A stretch of 64,000 bases of DNA from Verrucomicrobiota bacterium (GCA_049517655.1 JBEKRQ010000004.1:22838-86837); one strand, 5' to 3'; shown: positions 1 through 12,378, counted from the stretch's first letter. The notes: generated by a model not told the origin, from the sequence alone. Translations and numbers: made by a program.

Positions 1-886
1 CGTCGGTGGGATTCGATTTTTTAATCAACGCCTCGGCCTCGGACAAAAACCGGGCGCACAAGCGTTCCTGCGCGCGGACGAGCGATTCGACGTCCGGCTT
101 CCACTGCGCGTATTGCTCGTCGAACGTGTGCAGGGACGGGCCGCTGATAATGAGCGGCGTGCGCGCTTCATCAATGAGAATCGAGTCCACTTCGTCCACG
201 ATGGCGTAATAATGCCCGCGCTGGACCTGCTCCTCCTTGCGCGCGGCCATGCCGTTGTCGCGGAGATAATCAAAACCGAACTCGGCGTTTGTGCCGTAGG
301 TGATGTCGCAATCGTATTGTTCGCGGCGGATCTTGGGCGACTGGTCGTGCAAAATGACGCCAACCGTGAGACCGAGAAATTTGTATATCGCGCCCATCCA
401 TTCCGAGTCGCGCGCGGCCAGATAATCATTCACCGTTACCACGTGAACGCCGCGTCCGGTGAGCGCATTGAGGTAAATGGGCATGGTGGCGACGAGCGTT
501 TTGCCTTCGCCGGTGGCCATTTCGGTGATTTTTCCCGAATGCTGCGCCATCCCGCCGATGAGTTGCACGTCGAATGGAATCATGTCCCAAATGGTGGGAT
601 GCTCCCGAATAATGACTTCCGTTTTGCGCTCGACCATCCGGCGGCAGGTGTTTTTCACGGCGGCGAATGCCTCGGGCAAAATTTGATCAAGCCGCAGCGC
701 CAACTGCTTGTTGTCCGTGATTTTGGAAAACTCGTCCTTCCACGCGACGGTTTTCTGGCGTAATTCGTCGTCGGAGAGCTTTTGAAGTCCGGCTTCGATT
801 TCATTGATCTGGCGGACGACCGGCCAGAATTTTTTCAACTGGCGGTCATTCCTCGACCCGAAGATCGTTTTTATCAATCCAGTCAT
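1..886 (-). CDS. secA: Preprotein translocase ATPase SecA, N-terminal part (runs off the window)
   Basis: Absent from the ORF track because it is truncated by the window edge. Reverse translation from the ATG at 886-884 gives [20 protein letters not shown]..., then ..[39 protein letters not shown].. and ..[22 protein letters not shown], which are the SecA motor motifs. Confidence 0.9.
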   Translation of the reverse strand, partial: MTGLIKTIFGSRNDRQLKKFWPVVRQINEIEAGLQKLSDDELRQKTVAWKDEFSKITDNKQLALRLDQILPEAFAAVKNTCRRMVERKTEVIIREHPTIWDMIPFDVQLIGGMAQHSGKITEMATGEGKTLVATMPIYLNALTGRGVHVVTVNDYLAARDSEWMGAIYKFLGLTVGVILHDQSPKIRREQYDCDITYGTNAEFGFDYLRDNGMAARKEEQVQRGHYYAIVDEVDSILIDEARTPLIISGPSLHTFDEQYAQWKPDVESLVRAQERLCARFLSEAEALIKKSNPTD

Positions 887-1190
887 GACAATTTGCGACG
901 GTTTGCGAAAATAACGCGGTAAACGCTACGCGAGGAACCGCAAAGCGTCAAAGTGAATCGCTGTGACCTTGCGCCATTTTCCAGTGGGATTCAGCGCAAA
1001 GGCAGGGTCGCATCGCCTTGTCGCGCCGACTTGCCGCGCCAAAGTGTAACGACGGCGGGAGTGTGGAATGAAGGCGGACGAGGCGACTGGGGTGGGAGGC
1101 GGAACTTCCGCCGGCCGCGCGTCCCTGCCAGCCAAATCATACACTGGCGTCTGTTTCGCCGATTCGTTAGTCTCAGGGCGGAATCACGCG

Positions 1191-2009
1191 ATGAATACCG
1201 CGCTCGAATCTCTCGGCCTGATTGCCGGCAACCGCTCGCTGCCCCTGGAATTTGCCCGGCAGGCGCGCGCCGCCGGCGTCAAACGTCTTGTCGCCGTCGC
1301 CTTTGAAAATGAAACCGATCCCGCGCTCGTGAAGTTCGTGGACGAAATCGTCTGGCTCAAGGTCGGCCAATTGTCAAAAATGATTTCCGCCTTCACCAGC
1401 CGCGGCATCAAACAGTGCGTCATGGTCGGCCAAATTGCGCCGAAGAATCTTTTCGATCTCCGGCCCGATTTGCGCGCAATGTCACTGGCGCTCCGGCTCA
1501 AGGAAAGAAACGCGCACACGATTTTCGGGGCCATTGCGGACGAATTGAAAAAAGATGGCATCGAACTGATAGAAGCGACGCCGTGGCTCAAGCCGCTGAT
1601 GCCGCAAACCGGTTTTCATCTCGGACCAAAATTGTCGGACGAACGGTGCGCGGACGTGGAATTTGGTTTTCTCACTGCGAAGGAAATTTCGCGCCTGGAA
1701 ATCGGCCAGACCGTTGTCGTGAAAAATGGCGCGGTGCTGGCGGTTGAAGGTTTTGAAGGCACGGACAAATGCCTCGCGCGCGGCGGCGAACTTGCCGGCA
1801 AAGACGGCGGCGCGGTCGCCGTGAAGGTCGCCAAGGCCAGTCACGACATGCGTTTCGACATTCCCTGCATCGGCGCGCAAACTCTGGAGACGTGCGCCGC
1901 GTCCGGCGTGGCGGTGCTCGCGCTCGAATCCGGCAGGACACTTTTGCTCGAACAAGAAGCTTGCGAACAAATCGCAAGGAAAAATAAAATCTCCGTCACG
2001 GCCATTTAA
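1191..2009 (+). CDS. lpxI: UDP-2,3-diacylglucosamine pyrophosphatase LpxI (DUF1009 family)
   Basis: From the internal ATG at 1191: MNTALESLGLIAGNRSLPLEFARQARAAG.., EIGQTVVVKNGAVLAVEGFEGTD.., MRFDIPCIGAQT. This is the LpxI-type pattern. The upstream part of ORF 1068..2009 lies in the divergent intergenic region. Confidence 0.8.
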   Translation: MNTALESLGLIAGNRSLPLEFARQARAAGVKRLVAVAFENETDPALVKFVDEIVWLKVGQLSKMISAFTSRGIKQCVMVGQIAPKNLFDLRPDLRAMSLALRLKERNAHTIFGAIADELKKDGIELIEATPWLKPLMPQTGFHLGPKLSDERCADVEFGFLTAKEISRLEIGQTVVVKNGAVLAVEGFEGTDKCLARGGELAGKDGGAVAVKVAKASHDMRFDIPCIGAQTLETCAASGVAVLALESGRTLLLEQEACEQIARKNKISVTAI

Positions 2010-2071
2010 ACCATGGACCTCTGACTTATTTTGACATTGGACTTTGGACTTTAGATTTTGGACTATTAATT

Positions 2072-2578
2072 ATGCTGACGTCGCACGAACTCTTCGGTTT
2101 CATGTCGCCTGGTCTGGCGAACGAAATTGTCAATTACGCCTACGAGTCGGACAAACCCACTTACAAGGCCGCTCTTGGCGCCGTCGCCCAGGCGCGCCAT
2201 GTGCGTCCGGTCTTTCTCGAACGCCAGCCGCGCACGCAGCGTCATGAGGCGATGATTTCAACCCTGTCCCGGCCAGCGCTCGATACCGTGGCCGGCGGTC
2301 TCATCCGCGCGTGGCTCATGAAAAAACACAAGGCAATGCTCGTGGATTTTCTCAATGGATTGGGTATTCAAAACAATGAAGGCGTCGTGGACAACCTGCC
2401 CGCGGCAATGGACGATGCGAAATTGAAATCCGCCATCGAGACGTTGCTGAAAAAATATCCGCCGGAGGCCGTGGCTGTTTATCTGAATGCGTTCAACGAC
2501 ATGAACAGGGCGAATTGGGCCAACTTAAAAACCATTTTGGAATCCGATGCGCGTCTGCAATTGGGCGCGCACGCTTGA
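2072..2578 (+). CDS. Hypothetical protein (168 aa)
   Basis: Clean ORF with protein-like composition. No motif recognised. Confidence 0.5.
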   Translation: MLTSHELFGFMSPGLANEIVNYAYESDKPTYKAALGAVAQARHVRPVFLERQPRTQRHEAMISTLSRPALDTVAGGLIRAWLMKKHKAMLVDFLNGLGIQNNEGVVDNLPAAMDDAKLKSAIETLLKKYPPEAVAVYLNAFNDMNRANWANLKTILESDARLQLGAHA

Positions 2579-2640
2579 AACGGCAAAAATTTCTCGCGCC
2601 GTCCCGCGTGAATAGTATTCTGCACGGACACTTTTGATTT

Positions 2641-4122
<1,482 letters not shown>

Positions 4123-4210
4123 TTCGGGGCGAAGGCGCAAAAAACTTCACAACCGGGCGCTGCCTGTTTCAATGGGCGCGTGAAAGCCCATTACTCGGCG
4201 CCGCGCTGAT

Positions 4211-7200
4211 TTGCCCGAAGGCCGCCGGAATGGTATCCTTGTAACGGTGAAGTCTCGTTGTTTGCCGCGAACATACTGCATCCTGCTTGCAGCGTGTCTG
4301 ATCCTTTTGAATTTCACCGCCGACGGCCAGACCAAACAAATCCGGCTGCGCAATGGAACCATCACCACTGCACCCGCCGCGAAGGCCGCTGCCGCCACGC
4401 AGTCCCGGTCGCAAGCGCTTTCAGTCCAGTCGCCCGTTTCGGGCCTTTTCCTGGTGCAGTTCGAAAGTCCGTTGAAACCCGCCGAGCGGTCGGAGTTGCA
4501 GGCGCTGGGCATTGAACTGCTCAAGTATGTGCCAGATGACGCCTTCATCGCGAAATTCAACAGCGTGTCTCCGGATACGGTCAGGGCGCTGAATTTCATC
4601 CGCTGGGTGGGGCCTTATCGTTCGGACTACAAGATTCATCCCCGGCTGTCCGCCGCTGTGAGCAACGTGTCGCAGACGAACCGGATTGTCACCGTCAACA
4701 TTTTGATTTCGCCCGGAGCCGCGCCGGCGGAAATCGCCGTGGTGCGCTCCCTGCTTTCGTCCGTGCAGCACGAGAGTCATTTGCGTCAGGGCGTCATTTT
4801 GCGGGGCAATCTGGATGCCGCCCGTTTGCCGGCGCTGGCGCAATCCGGTTCCGTTCTTTGGATTGAACCCGCTCCAAGGCGAAAGCTGGTTGACGAGCTG
4901 GCCTCAAAGGTCGTGGGCGGCGATGACGGCAACACCGGAACGCCCACGGTCACGGAGCAACTGGGTTTCGGCGGCGCGGGAGTGACCGTGTGCGTGGCGG
5001 ACACCGGGCTCGATACGGGCAATACGAACACGATGCACCTGGATTTAAGGGGGCGGGTGACGGGCTTCAAATACTACGGCTCACTGACGGATGGCTCGGA
5101 TGGGTATGGCCACGGCACGCACTGTGCGGGCATTGTCGCCGGCAACGCCGCCACGGGCGAAACCGATCCCGACTCCGGGGCTTTCTACGGTCTGGGCGTC
5201 GCGTCGGGCGCCAGCCTGTTCGTCGAGCGAATCTTTGACGACGATGCGAACGAGGTCAACCCGGCGCCCAGCGACGGAGATCTCACACGGGACGCCGTCC
5301 GCGCCGGGGCGCAAATCGGCGGGAACAGTTGGGGCAATGATGTCCAAGGCGAGTATGACCTTGACGCTGCGCAATTCGATGAACTGGTGCGGGACGCGGA
5401 CGCCTCAACGCCCGGCGACCAGCCCTATATCCTGGAATTTTCCGCAGGCAACGCCGGGCCTGACTCCGAAACGATGGACAGCCCGGCTTCGGGTAAAAAT
5501 GTGATTGCCACAGGCGCGTCGGAAAACGTGCCGGGAACACTGGCGGAAACCTACGGGCTTTACGCGGACGGCCCCGACACGATGGCTGATTTTTCGAGCC
5601 GCGGTCCCTGCGAAGACGGTCGCATCAAACCGGACTTGGTGGCGCCGGGAACGTGGATTGCCTCGGCGGCATCGTCCGCAGCCCCGGACGAAGCCGCCAT
5701 CGCCTGGACGGTGATTGACGATTATTACGTGTTCATGGGCGGAACAAGCATGTCCGGTCCGCACGCGGCGGGCGCGGCGGCGGTTTTTGTGCAGTATTAC
5801 AAAAGCCTGCACACAAACGCCGTGCCCTCGCCAGCGCTGGTCAAGGCGGCGTTGATCAATTCCGCCGACGAACTCGATGAAGCCAACGGCGGCCCCGGCC
5901 CGATTCCCAACAACGACGAAGGCTGGGGGCGCGTCAATCTGGCCAACATCGTCGTGACCAATCTCAATGGCGCGCCGCGTTACTACCAATACCTGGATCA
6001 GTCGGTGTTGCTGACCAGCGGCCAGGTTTATGTCCAGCACGTGTTGGTTCAAAATTCCGGCCAGCCGCTGAAAATCACGATGGCTTACACGGACGTGCCG
6101 GGATTTCCCGGAGCGATTCCGGCACTGGTGAACGACCTGGACCTGGAGGTCGTCGGCCCGGATGGAACCCTGTATCGTGGCAACCAGTTTTCGGGCGGTG
6201 AATCGGTGCCGAACGCGCCTTCGGCGGACAGCATCAACAACGTGGAAGCGGTGCATCTGGCGCAGCCGTTGCCGGGCGATTATCTTGTCCGTGTCCGCGC
6301 CCGCAACGTGGTGCAGGACGCGCGGTTGGACACGTCGGCCATTGACCAGGATTTCGCGCTGGTCGTTTCCGGCAATCTCGCGCGGCCCAACGCCGGGTTC
6401 ATCCTGCTCGACCGCTCCAGTTACACCGCGCCGGGCGTCATGCAGGTGGAGGTCATTGACCCCGCCAGGGCCGGCAGCAATTCGGTGAGCGTTCTCGTGA
6501 AAAGCACGACCGAGCCGGCAGGTGAAACCTACGTTCTGCACTCTGCCGGAACGTATGGCGCGTTCACAGGCGCGGTGGCGACGGTGACTGGCGCCGCCGC
6601 GGTGGACGGGGAGCTGGAGATTCACAACGCCGATGCCGTCGAGGCGGACTATGTTGACAGTTCTGGAAGCCTGCGGACGGCCACGGCGGTGGCCGATCTT
6701 GTGCCGCCGGTGTTGAGCAACGTCGCGGTGACGGTTGACACCGGCATCATTACCATCACATGGCTGACGAGCGAGCCGGCCAATGCCGTCATTTACTACG
6801 GCACCAATCTGGTTTTCAACCTGGCGGCGACCAATTCCGCGTTGACGACAAGTCACTCAATAAAGCTGGGCAGATTGATTCCGGGGAGAACGTATTATTT
6901 TTACGTCAGCTCGGCGGATGCGGCGGGGAACACGGTCACGGACAACAACTCCGGAGCCTGGTACAGTTTCGTGGCGGTGGCGACGCCGACGGTGCTGCTC
7001 GTGGACGATTACGACACTGCGGGAGAGGAGGACGCTGGTTCGACGGTCATTCCCGACAGCGCCTACACCAATGCGTTGACTGCGGCGGGATTCAGCTACG
7101 GTTTCTGGAAGGTGAATCAACGGGGTTATCCGCAGCTTTCCGACCTGCAGCCGTTCTTGGTGGTCATCTGGCGGACGACGGATGACATCGTCAACTATGA

Positions 7201-9460
7201 GGGCACCAACAACACGCTTACCGCGCAACAACAATTCATGGTCCAGAATTATCTGAACGGCGGCGGCTCCTTCTTCATGGCCTCGCTGGGCATCTTGAGC
7301 CAGTTGGGAGACATGCCGTTTCGCAGGAACGTGCTGCAAGTGGCCGGGTTCAAACAAAATCCCGACCCGCCCGCGCCCTGCCAGGATTGCGACGAATATT
7401 TTGGCGTGCCGGCCATCTTCGGCGCGCCGGGCGACCCCATATCGGACGGCATCTATTTGACGCTGGATTACGGCAATTATCCGAGTTTCGATTTGGATGA
7501 GGAAACGACTTTGGGGCCGGACTTCTCCGACACGTTCACGCCCGCCACCAACGCCACCGCAATCTGCTTCGAGTCGGCTTCGGGAAAACCGTGCGGGATG
7601 AGTTATCCGCAAATCGGGCAGGACAGCCCCGGTCGCGTTGTTTTTCTTTCCTTCCCGTTGGACGTCGTGCCGGTGGCCGGAACCCCGCCCGACAATGAGG
7701 TGGTTCTCCTGCGGAACATCCTCAACTTTCTGGTGCCGGGCGCGAACGGCGTGGGAACCATTTTCCTCGATAACACGATCTACACCGTGCCCGACCAGAT
7801 CACGGTCGAGGTGGGCGACTCGGACCTGACTGGAACCGGCCAGACGCAAGCCATCTTCTCGACCAGTTCAGCAACCAATCAGGTGACGGTGACTCTGAAC
7901 GAAACGACCCATCCCGGCCTGTTCCGGGGGTTCATCACGCTGGTGGCTACGAACACTGCCGCGAATCAATTGGCGGTTCGCAATGGAGACACGATTACGG
8001 CGAAATATTTCGACGCCTCGAACGGCAGCAACGTGGTCGCCACCGCGACGGTGGACACCGTGCCGCCGGTCATCAGCCAGGTTGCGGCGGTCACCGGCAT
8101 TGGGGCCGCCGTGGTGAGTTGGAAAACCTCGAAGCCGGCGGACTCGCTGGTGCAATACGGCGAATCTGTGCTGCTCGACCGGACGGCCTACGCCGGGGCG
8201 TTGGTGACCAATCATTCTGTCACGGTGTCGGGACTTCTGGCGAACCGGAGCTACTATTACCAAGTGGCCAGCCGTGATGCGGCCGGCAACACAACCGTGG
8301 ACGATAATAATGGCGCGCTGTTCACGTTCACCACGCAAACGGCGCCGCAGCCGCCGTGGTTCGACAATTTGGAGAGTGGCGCGCCCGGTTGGAGCGTCGT
8401 GCCCGATCCCATTTATGGTTCTGACATGAATTGGACGCTGGGCACTCCCAACAACGGTCTCGAGACCAGCGCGCATTCGGGCAGGAATTGCTGGGGCAGC
8501 GATCTCTACGGCCAGTCGTTCGGTTTTCTGGCCAGCAGTTTCCTCTACAGCCCGATGATTGATCTCTCCGGCGTGAGCCAGGCCACCCTCACGTTCTGGC
8601 ATAGTTACGATTTCAGTTCCCAACTCGAGGACGGCCAGCTCGGCATCAGCACCAACAGCAGCACGTCACCGAACTCGATCCCCACATTGGTGGATTATGC
8701 CGGGCAAACGTCCGATGGCTGGGAGGAGGAAACCGTGGATCTGACGCCTTACGTTGGAAAAACCATTCAGGTGGTCTGGTATTACCAGGGAGTTTACATC
8801 GGCGAGCCGCTCTACGGCTGGCTGGTGGATGATGTCAGCATCACGGGCGTGGCTGCGGGCTCGGGCGGAACCATTGTCATCTCGAAAAACCTAGGCCAGG
8901 GGAGCTTCACCCTCACCGGACCGGTGAACCAGTCCGGCACGGCGCTTTTGACCACCATCAGCAACGCACCGCCCGGCCCGTACGCCGTGCAATTCAGCGA
9001 CGTGGCGTTTTATCAGACGCCTCTCGACCAGTCGAACACACTGGCCACCACCGGCACGCTGAATTTCACCGGCAACTACAGCTTTATTGACGTGAACCAC
9101 AACGGTATCTCGGACGCGTGGGAAAAATATTATTTCGGCTCCGTGTCCACCAATCGCACGCAGTTCACCGACTCGGACGGGGATGGGATGTCGGATTACG
9201 CCGAGTTCATCGCGGGGACCAATCCGACCAACGCCGCCTCCAAGCTGTTTTTCCTCTCGACTGCGGTCCAGACGAACCGGCTCGTCCAACTGCAATGGGC
9301 GGCGATTCCCGGCCGGGTTTATCAACTCGAAAGTTCAACCAACCTCGTCACTTGGACGCCGCTCACCGGCTGGCTTCAAGCTTCGGGCAGCCCCATGTCC
9401 TATGCCGGAACCAACTTCAATTCCGGTTCACAATTTTTCCGCGTGCAAGTCCGGCCGTGA
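4211..9460 (+). CDS. Secreted multidomain subtilisin-like (S8) serine protease, 1749 aa
   Basis: Signal-like N-terminus and an I9-like propeptide (LFLVQFESPLKPAE..). Catalytic triad motifs: VADTGLD (Asp codon 5000-5002), HGTHCAG (His 5111-5113), GGTSMSGPH (Ser 5747-5749). Two FN3/purple-acid-phosphatase-N-like modules (..YYGTN..TSHSIKLGRLIPGRTYYFYVSSADAAGN; ..VQYGES..HSVTVSGLLANRSYYYQVASRDAAGN). A MAM/jelly-roll-like module, a calcium-binding DSDGDGMSDYAEF repeat, and a C-terminal beta domain. Confidence 0.85.
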   Translation: MPEGRRNGILVTVKSRCLPRTYCILLAACLILLNFTADGQTKQIRLRNGTITTAPAAKAAAATQSRSQALSVQSPVSGLFLVQFESPLKPAERSELQALGIELLKYVPDDAFIAKFNSVSPDTVRALNFIRWVGPYRSDYKIHPRLSAAVSNVSQTNRIVTVNILISPGAAPAEIAVVRSLLSSVQHESHLRQGVILRGNLDAARLPALAQSGSVLWIEPAPRRKLVDELASKVVGGDDGNTGTPTVTEQLGFGGAGVTVCVADTGLDTGNTNTMHLDLRGRVTGFKYYGSLTDGSDGYGHGTHCAGIVAGNAATGETDPDSGAFYGLGVASGASLFVERIFDDDANEVNPAPSDGDLTRDAVRAGAQIGGNSWGNDVQGEYDLDAAQFDELVRDADASTPGDQPYILEFSAGNAGPDSETMDSPASGKNVIATGASENVPGTLAETYGLYADGPDTMADFSSRGPCEDGRIKPDLVAPGTWIASAASSAAPDEAAIAWTVIDDYYVFMGGTSMSGPHAAGAAAVFVQYYKSLHTNAVPSPALVKAALINSADELDEANGGPGPIPNNDEGWGRVNLANIVVTNLNGAPRYYQYLDQSVLLTSGQVYVQHVLVQNSGQPLKITMAYTDVPGFPGAIPALVNDLDLEVVGPDGTLYRGNQFSGGESVPNAPSADSINNVEAVHLAQPLPGDYLVRVRARNVVQDARLDTSAIDQDFALVVSGNLARPNAGFILLDRSSYTAPGVMQVEVIDPARAGSNSVSVLVKSTTEPAGETYVLHSAGTYGAFTGAVATVTGAAAVDGELEIHNADAVEADYVDSSGSLRTATAVADLVPPVLSNVAVTVDTGIITITWLTSEPANAVIYYGTNLVFNLAATNSALTTSHSIKLGRLIPGRTYYFYVSSADAAGNTVTDNNSGAWYSFVAVATPTVLLVDDYDTAGEEDAGSTVIPDSAYTNALTAAGFSYGFWKVNQRGYPQLSDLQPFLVVIWRTTDDIVNYEGTNNTLTAQQQFMVQNYLNGGGSFFMASLGILSQLGDMPFRRNVLQVAGFKQNPDPPAPCQDCDEYFGVPAIFGAPGDPISDGIYLTLDYGNYPSFDLDEETTLGPDFSDTFTPATNATAICFESASGKPCGMSYPQIGQDSPGRVVFLSFPLDVVPVAGTPPDNEVVLLRNILNFLVPGANGVGTIFLDNTIYTVPDQITVEVGDSDLTGTGQTQAIFSTSSATNQVTVTLNETTHPGLFRGFITLVATNTAANQLAVRNGDTITAKYFDASNGSNVVATATVDTVPPVISQVAAVTGIGAAVVSWKTSKPADSLVQYGESVLLDRTAYAGALVTNHSVTVSGLLANRSYYYQVASRDAAGNTTVDDNNGALFTFTTQTAPQPPWFDNLESGAPGWSVVPDPIYGSDMNWTLGTPNNGLETSAHSGRNCWGSDLYGQSFGFLASSFLYSPMIDLSGVSQATLTFWHSYDFSSQLEDGQLGISTNSSTSPNSIPTLVDYAGQTSDGWEEETVDLTPYVGKTIQVVWYYQGVYIGEPLYGWLVDDVSITGVAAGSGGTIVISKNLGQGSFTLTGPVNQSGTALLTTISNAPPGPYAVQFSDVAFYQTPLDQSNTLATTGTLNFTGNYSFIDVNHNGISDAWEKYYFGSVSTNRTQFTDSDGDGMSDYAEFIAGTNPTNAASKLFFLSTAVQTNRLVQLQWAAIPGRVYQLESSTNLVTWTPLTGWLQASGSPMSYAGTNFNSGSQFFRVQVRP

Positions 9461-9596
9461 GTGACTGCATTGGGCGGATGGGAAGCCGTCCTCCACTGGT
9501 AACCGAACTGGCCGGAACTTTTGCGCTCGCGGCCATCGCTTTCAAATTCATAAATCCAGAGGACAAATGATTTGCTGTTGCTAGAATGCAACGGGC

Positions 9597-9914
9597 ATGC
9601 AGATTCCAAATTTCATTCGCGCGCAGCCGGACGGGACATTGCTGTCGGTAAAACTGCAACCACGCGCGTCCGCCAATGAGATTGGTGAGCCGCTTGGCAA
9701 CGAGTTGCGGATCAAAGTTACCGCGCCACCCGTGGACGCCGCCGCAAATGAAGCGTTGATTCGATTGCTGGCCGGGCAACTGGATTGTGCGCGCGGTTGT
9801 GTCGAGTTGGTTCGCGGCCACAAATCACGGCACAAAGTGGTCAAACTTCACGGATTCACGCCGGAGGAAGTGATTCAGAAAATTTTCGGAGGGGCAAGCT
9901 CTGTAAGTCCCTGA
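9597..9914 (+). CDS. DUF167 (YggU-like) family protein
   Basis: 105 aa. DGTLLSVKLQPRASANEI...LRIKVTAPPVDAAANEALIRLLA...VELVRGHKSRHKVVKL matches the YggU pattern. Confidence 0.75.
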   Translation: MQIPNFIRAQPDGTLLSVKLQPRASANEIGEPLGNELRIKVTAPPVDAAANEALIRLLAGQLDCARGCVELVRGHKSRHKVVKLHGFTPEEVIQKIFGGASSVSP

Positions 9915-10013
9915 TCATCGGAATCTTCAAGGAAATGGGGGCTCGTATAACTCGCCCCTCCGATAGAAATTTTCTGTCACCTTTTCAGCTCGTTTTGCCA
10001 CTGATGCGGTGAC

Positions 10014-10100
10014 ATGATGACAACTAAAACCATGTCCGTTGCCGCACAAAACGATGCCGAATTGGTGAGTGGAATTTTGTCGCGACGTGGAAGCAACTAG
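10014..10100 (+). pseudogene. Truncated remnant of an ECF sigma factor gene (5' end only)
   Basis: MMTTKTMSVAAQNDAELVSGILSRRGSN* parallels MMTIRAMSAATRNDAELVSESLSGNRDAF.. of the intact gene at 15048. The shared nucleotide block also covers the upstream leader (9966-10074 vs 15000-15108). There is a frame shift around TCGCGACG followed by a stop. Confidence 0.55.
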
Positions 10101-10152
10101 TTGTCAGGTTATACAAACTGGTGACACGCATGATTTAGCTGGTTGGTTCGTG

Positions 10153-12378
10153 TCAACGTCCGGACTTTGGATTGTAGGATCGTTGCATCAAGGCTTGGGT
10201 TCGATCGCGGTAAAACCGCGCCTGCTCGTTACTTGGATCCAAACGCAGCGTTTCCTCAAATTCATGTTCCGCTTCCGGGATTGCGTTGTTGATGGCCAAT
10301 GCATAACCAAGCATGAAATGCGCTTCCACACAGTCCGGATCGAGTTGAAGCGCCTGGCGATAGTGTTGAATAGCCTCGGCATGACGATCTAAATCAAAAA
10401 GCACTTTGCCCACGCAGACACTATAGACAGCGTTATGAGGATCCAGTCTCCGTGCCTGCTCGAACTCCTGCAATGCCAATTCAAACTTTTTTCTCTGGCC
10501 GTGGACGTAGCCCAGTAAGAACCAGCCGTCGGCCAGGGTGGGATGCAGCGCCACGGCTTGGGAAAGGTCGAGTTCCGCTTCCGCCCATTGGCCTTGTAAC
10601 ACAAGCAGCGCTCCTCTTTTATAATAGCCTAAGTAATCGTGCGGCAGCAGCTCAATTACTTGCTGCCACTGAGGGATCGCCTGTTTAGAGTCGCCAATCA
10701 GCGTGAGAAATCCCCCAAAATTTTCATGCAACCAGTAATCATCTGGTGTGCGCTGGATGGCCTCCATGTAAATCTCACTGGCTTTAGCCACTGCGGTGGC
10801 ATTCGTCCACTGGCGTAGCTCGCTCTCCTCTCTCTGAGCTGCCTCCAGGCGCCGGGCATTGTTGGGCTGACTGTTTAAAGGCGGTCGTTTAAACCGCTGG
10901 ACGAGTTCTTTGAAGATAAAATGGCGTTCCAAGTCCGTCAGCCCCAGGCGTCGCTCACAGGTCTTCTGCGAAGCCCATCCACCAACAGCCAGGCCCCTTA
11001 CAGCCGCCGGCAACAATGGTTCGATCCGCTCGGCCCAGGCCCGGCCAAGGCGATAATTGCCGTTGAAGTTAAAATGCGCGTGTTCGTAAAATAATTCTTG
11101 GCCACAGATGCCTGTCGGATTGTTGGTCTCCAACGCCGCAACGACATCGAACAAGACCAGATTGGGGCCTGCCAACTGCCGGCCTGTCTGCGCGATTAAA
11201 CCGTTAATCCGCGAGTCGGCGCGAAAGGGCAAAGCGTCATAATTGCACGCCAACTGGAAATGCTCGCGGGCGGCAGCGAAATTGGTCAGTCGCAGCAGAC
11301 AGTCGCCCCAACGGAACTGTAGTTCAGCGAACCGCGGATCCAGCCAGGCCGCCTGCCTGTAAAGTTGTGCGGCCTCTGCAAAGTTACCCTGTCCTTCAGC
11401 GAGGGAACCATTCGCAAACAGCCGGTCGCAGGCGGCACGGTCGGCCACGGACAGATTGGTGGCGGGCATGGAAGCAAACGGCGGGCAGTCTTTGAGGTTC
11501 ACTGCCACGGTATTGAGAAGGATTTTGGCGCCTGAACCCACCCCTATACACACAATGTCCTCCAAATTGCGCTGAAAGTTCCGATAGATCATCTCCCGGC
11601 GGGGGTCATCAGGCCGGATCTGGTTTCCAAGAAACATCTTCATGCCCTTCCAAGAAGCGTTTGCAGTTTTCCATTTAAGTTTGCGGGCCACGGCCATCGT
11701 CAATTGGCCTACGCGGGTCTGCTGGATCGCCAGGCTCAGCCGGACAAACATCAGCGGCGGTGCTTGCGCGCCGAAGACGCTTGCCGCGCCGAATGGCCCG
11801 ATCATTTCGTTGTTGCCCATGTAGATGATCCACAAATCGCCTTGATAGCGGGCGCACTCACGAGCGATGGGCACAATAACGTGCGAGTCAATAGCTGTTA
11901 TTCCCAGATTGACGATTTCGAATTTTTCTCCTGGGAACCGTTCGCGCAACAAAGTTTCCAGATAACGTCCCGCGCCATAGGCTGGCCGCGGATCCCCTTC
12001 TGCCGCCGATTCGCCGAGGATGAAGATACGGTAAGTACCAGGTGGCTTCTTCGCCGCCAGCATTATCGGATCCGGCCATCGTGCCAATTGTGGCGGGAAG
12101 AACCGCAAACCGAAACTGGAGTTGAAGGTCAGGAAGTCCTTCTGGCCGACCCGGATTTTTTCGAAGAAGCTTGTGTTATAACCATAGCCTGCAAGGCGCA
12201 AAGTGGCTTCCAATCCTGCCAGTGCCAGCAACGGGACGATTACCACTGCGAACAGGCGAAAGAGCCACTTGCGGCGGACACTAAGATCCGAGGTTGGTCT
12301 GGAGGAGGCTGGCGTGCCACGCGTGCCGACTGGCTTGTGCCGGCATTCGGACTTCAAATTGTCAGACTGTCGTTTCAA
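10153..12378 (-). CDS. Membrane-anchored SGNH/GDSL-like hydrolase domain plus TPR repeat protein
   Basis: 741 aa. N-terminal TM (LFRLFAVVIVPLLALAGL), YRIFILGESAAEGDP (GDS-type block), WIIYMGNNE, then multiple TPR-like repeats to the C-terminus. Confidence 0.7.
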   Translation of the reverse strand: MKRQSDNLKSECRHKPVGTRGTPASSRPTSDLSVRRKWLFRLFAVVIVPLLALAGLEATLRLAGYGYNTSFFEKIRVGQKDFLTFNSSFGLRFFPPQLARWPDPIMLAAKKPPGTYRIFILGESAAEGDPRPAYGAGRYLETLLRERFPGEKFEIVNLGITAIDSHVIVPIARECARYQGDLWIIYMGNNEMIGPFGAASVFGAQAPPLMFVRLSLAIQQTRVGQLTMAVARKLKWKTANASWKGMKMFLGNQIRPDDPRREMIYRNFQRNLEDIVCIGVGSGAKILLNTVAVNLKDCPPFASMPATNLSVADRAACDRLFANGSLAEGQGNFAEAAQLYRQAAWLDPRFAELQFRWGDCLLRLTNFAAAREHFQLACNYDALPFRADSRINGLIAQTGRQLAGPNLVLFDVVAALETNNPTGICGQELFYEHAHFNFNGNYRLGRAWAERIEPLLPAAVRGLAVGGWASQKTCERRLGLTDLERHFIFKELVQRFKRPPLNSQPNNARRLEAAQREESELRQWTNATAVAKASEIYMEAIQRTPDDYWLHENFGGFLTLIGDSKQAIPQWQQVIELLPHDYLGYYKRGALLVLQGQWAEAELDLSQAVALHPTLADGWFLLGYVHGQRKKFELALQEFEQARRLDPHNAVYSVCVGKVLFDLDRHAEAIQHYRQALQLDPDCVEAHFMLGYALAINNAIPEAEHEFEETLRLDPSNEQARFYRDRTQALMQRSYNPKSGR

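Noticed and set aside
10097-10112. CTAGTTGTCAGGTTAT after the ECF remnant resembles the ..TTGTCAGGC end of the attC-like elements. CCGTTAGTTG occurs at 14946.
   Set aside because: Only a 7-8 nt resemblance. There is no GATCCAAAGCT partner, no complementary arms, and the two motifs are not in inverted orientation.
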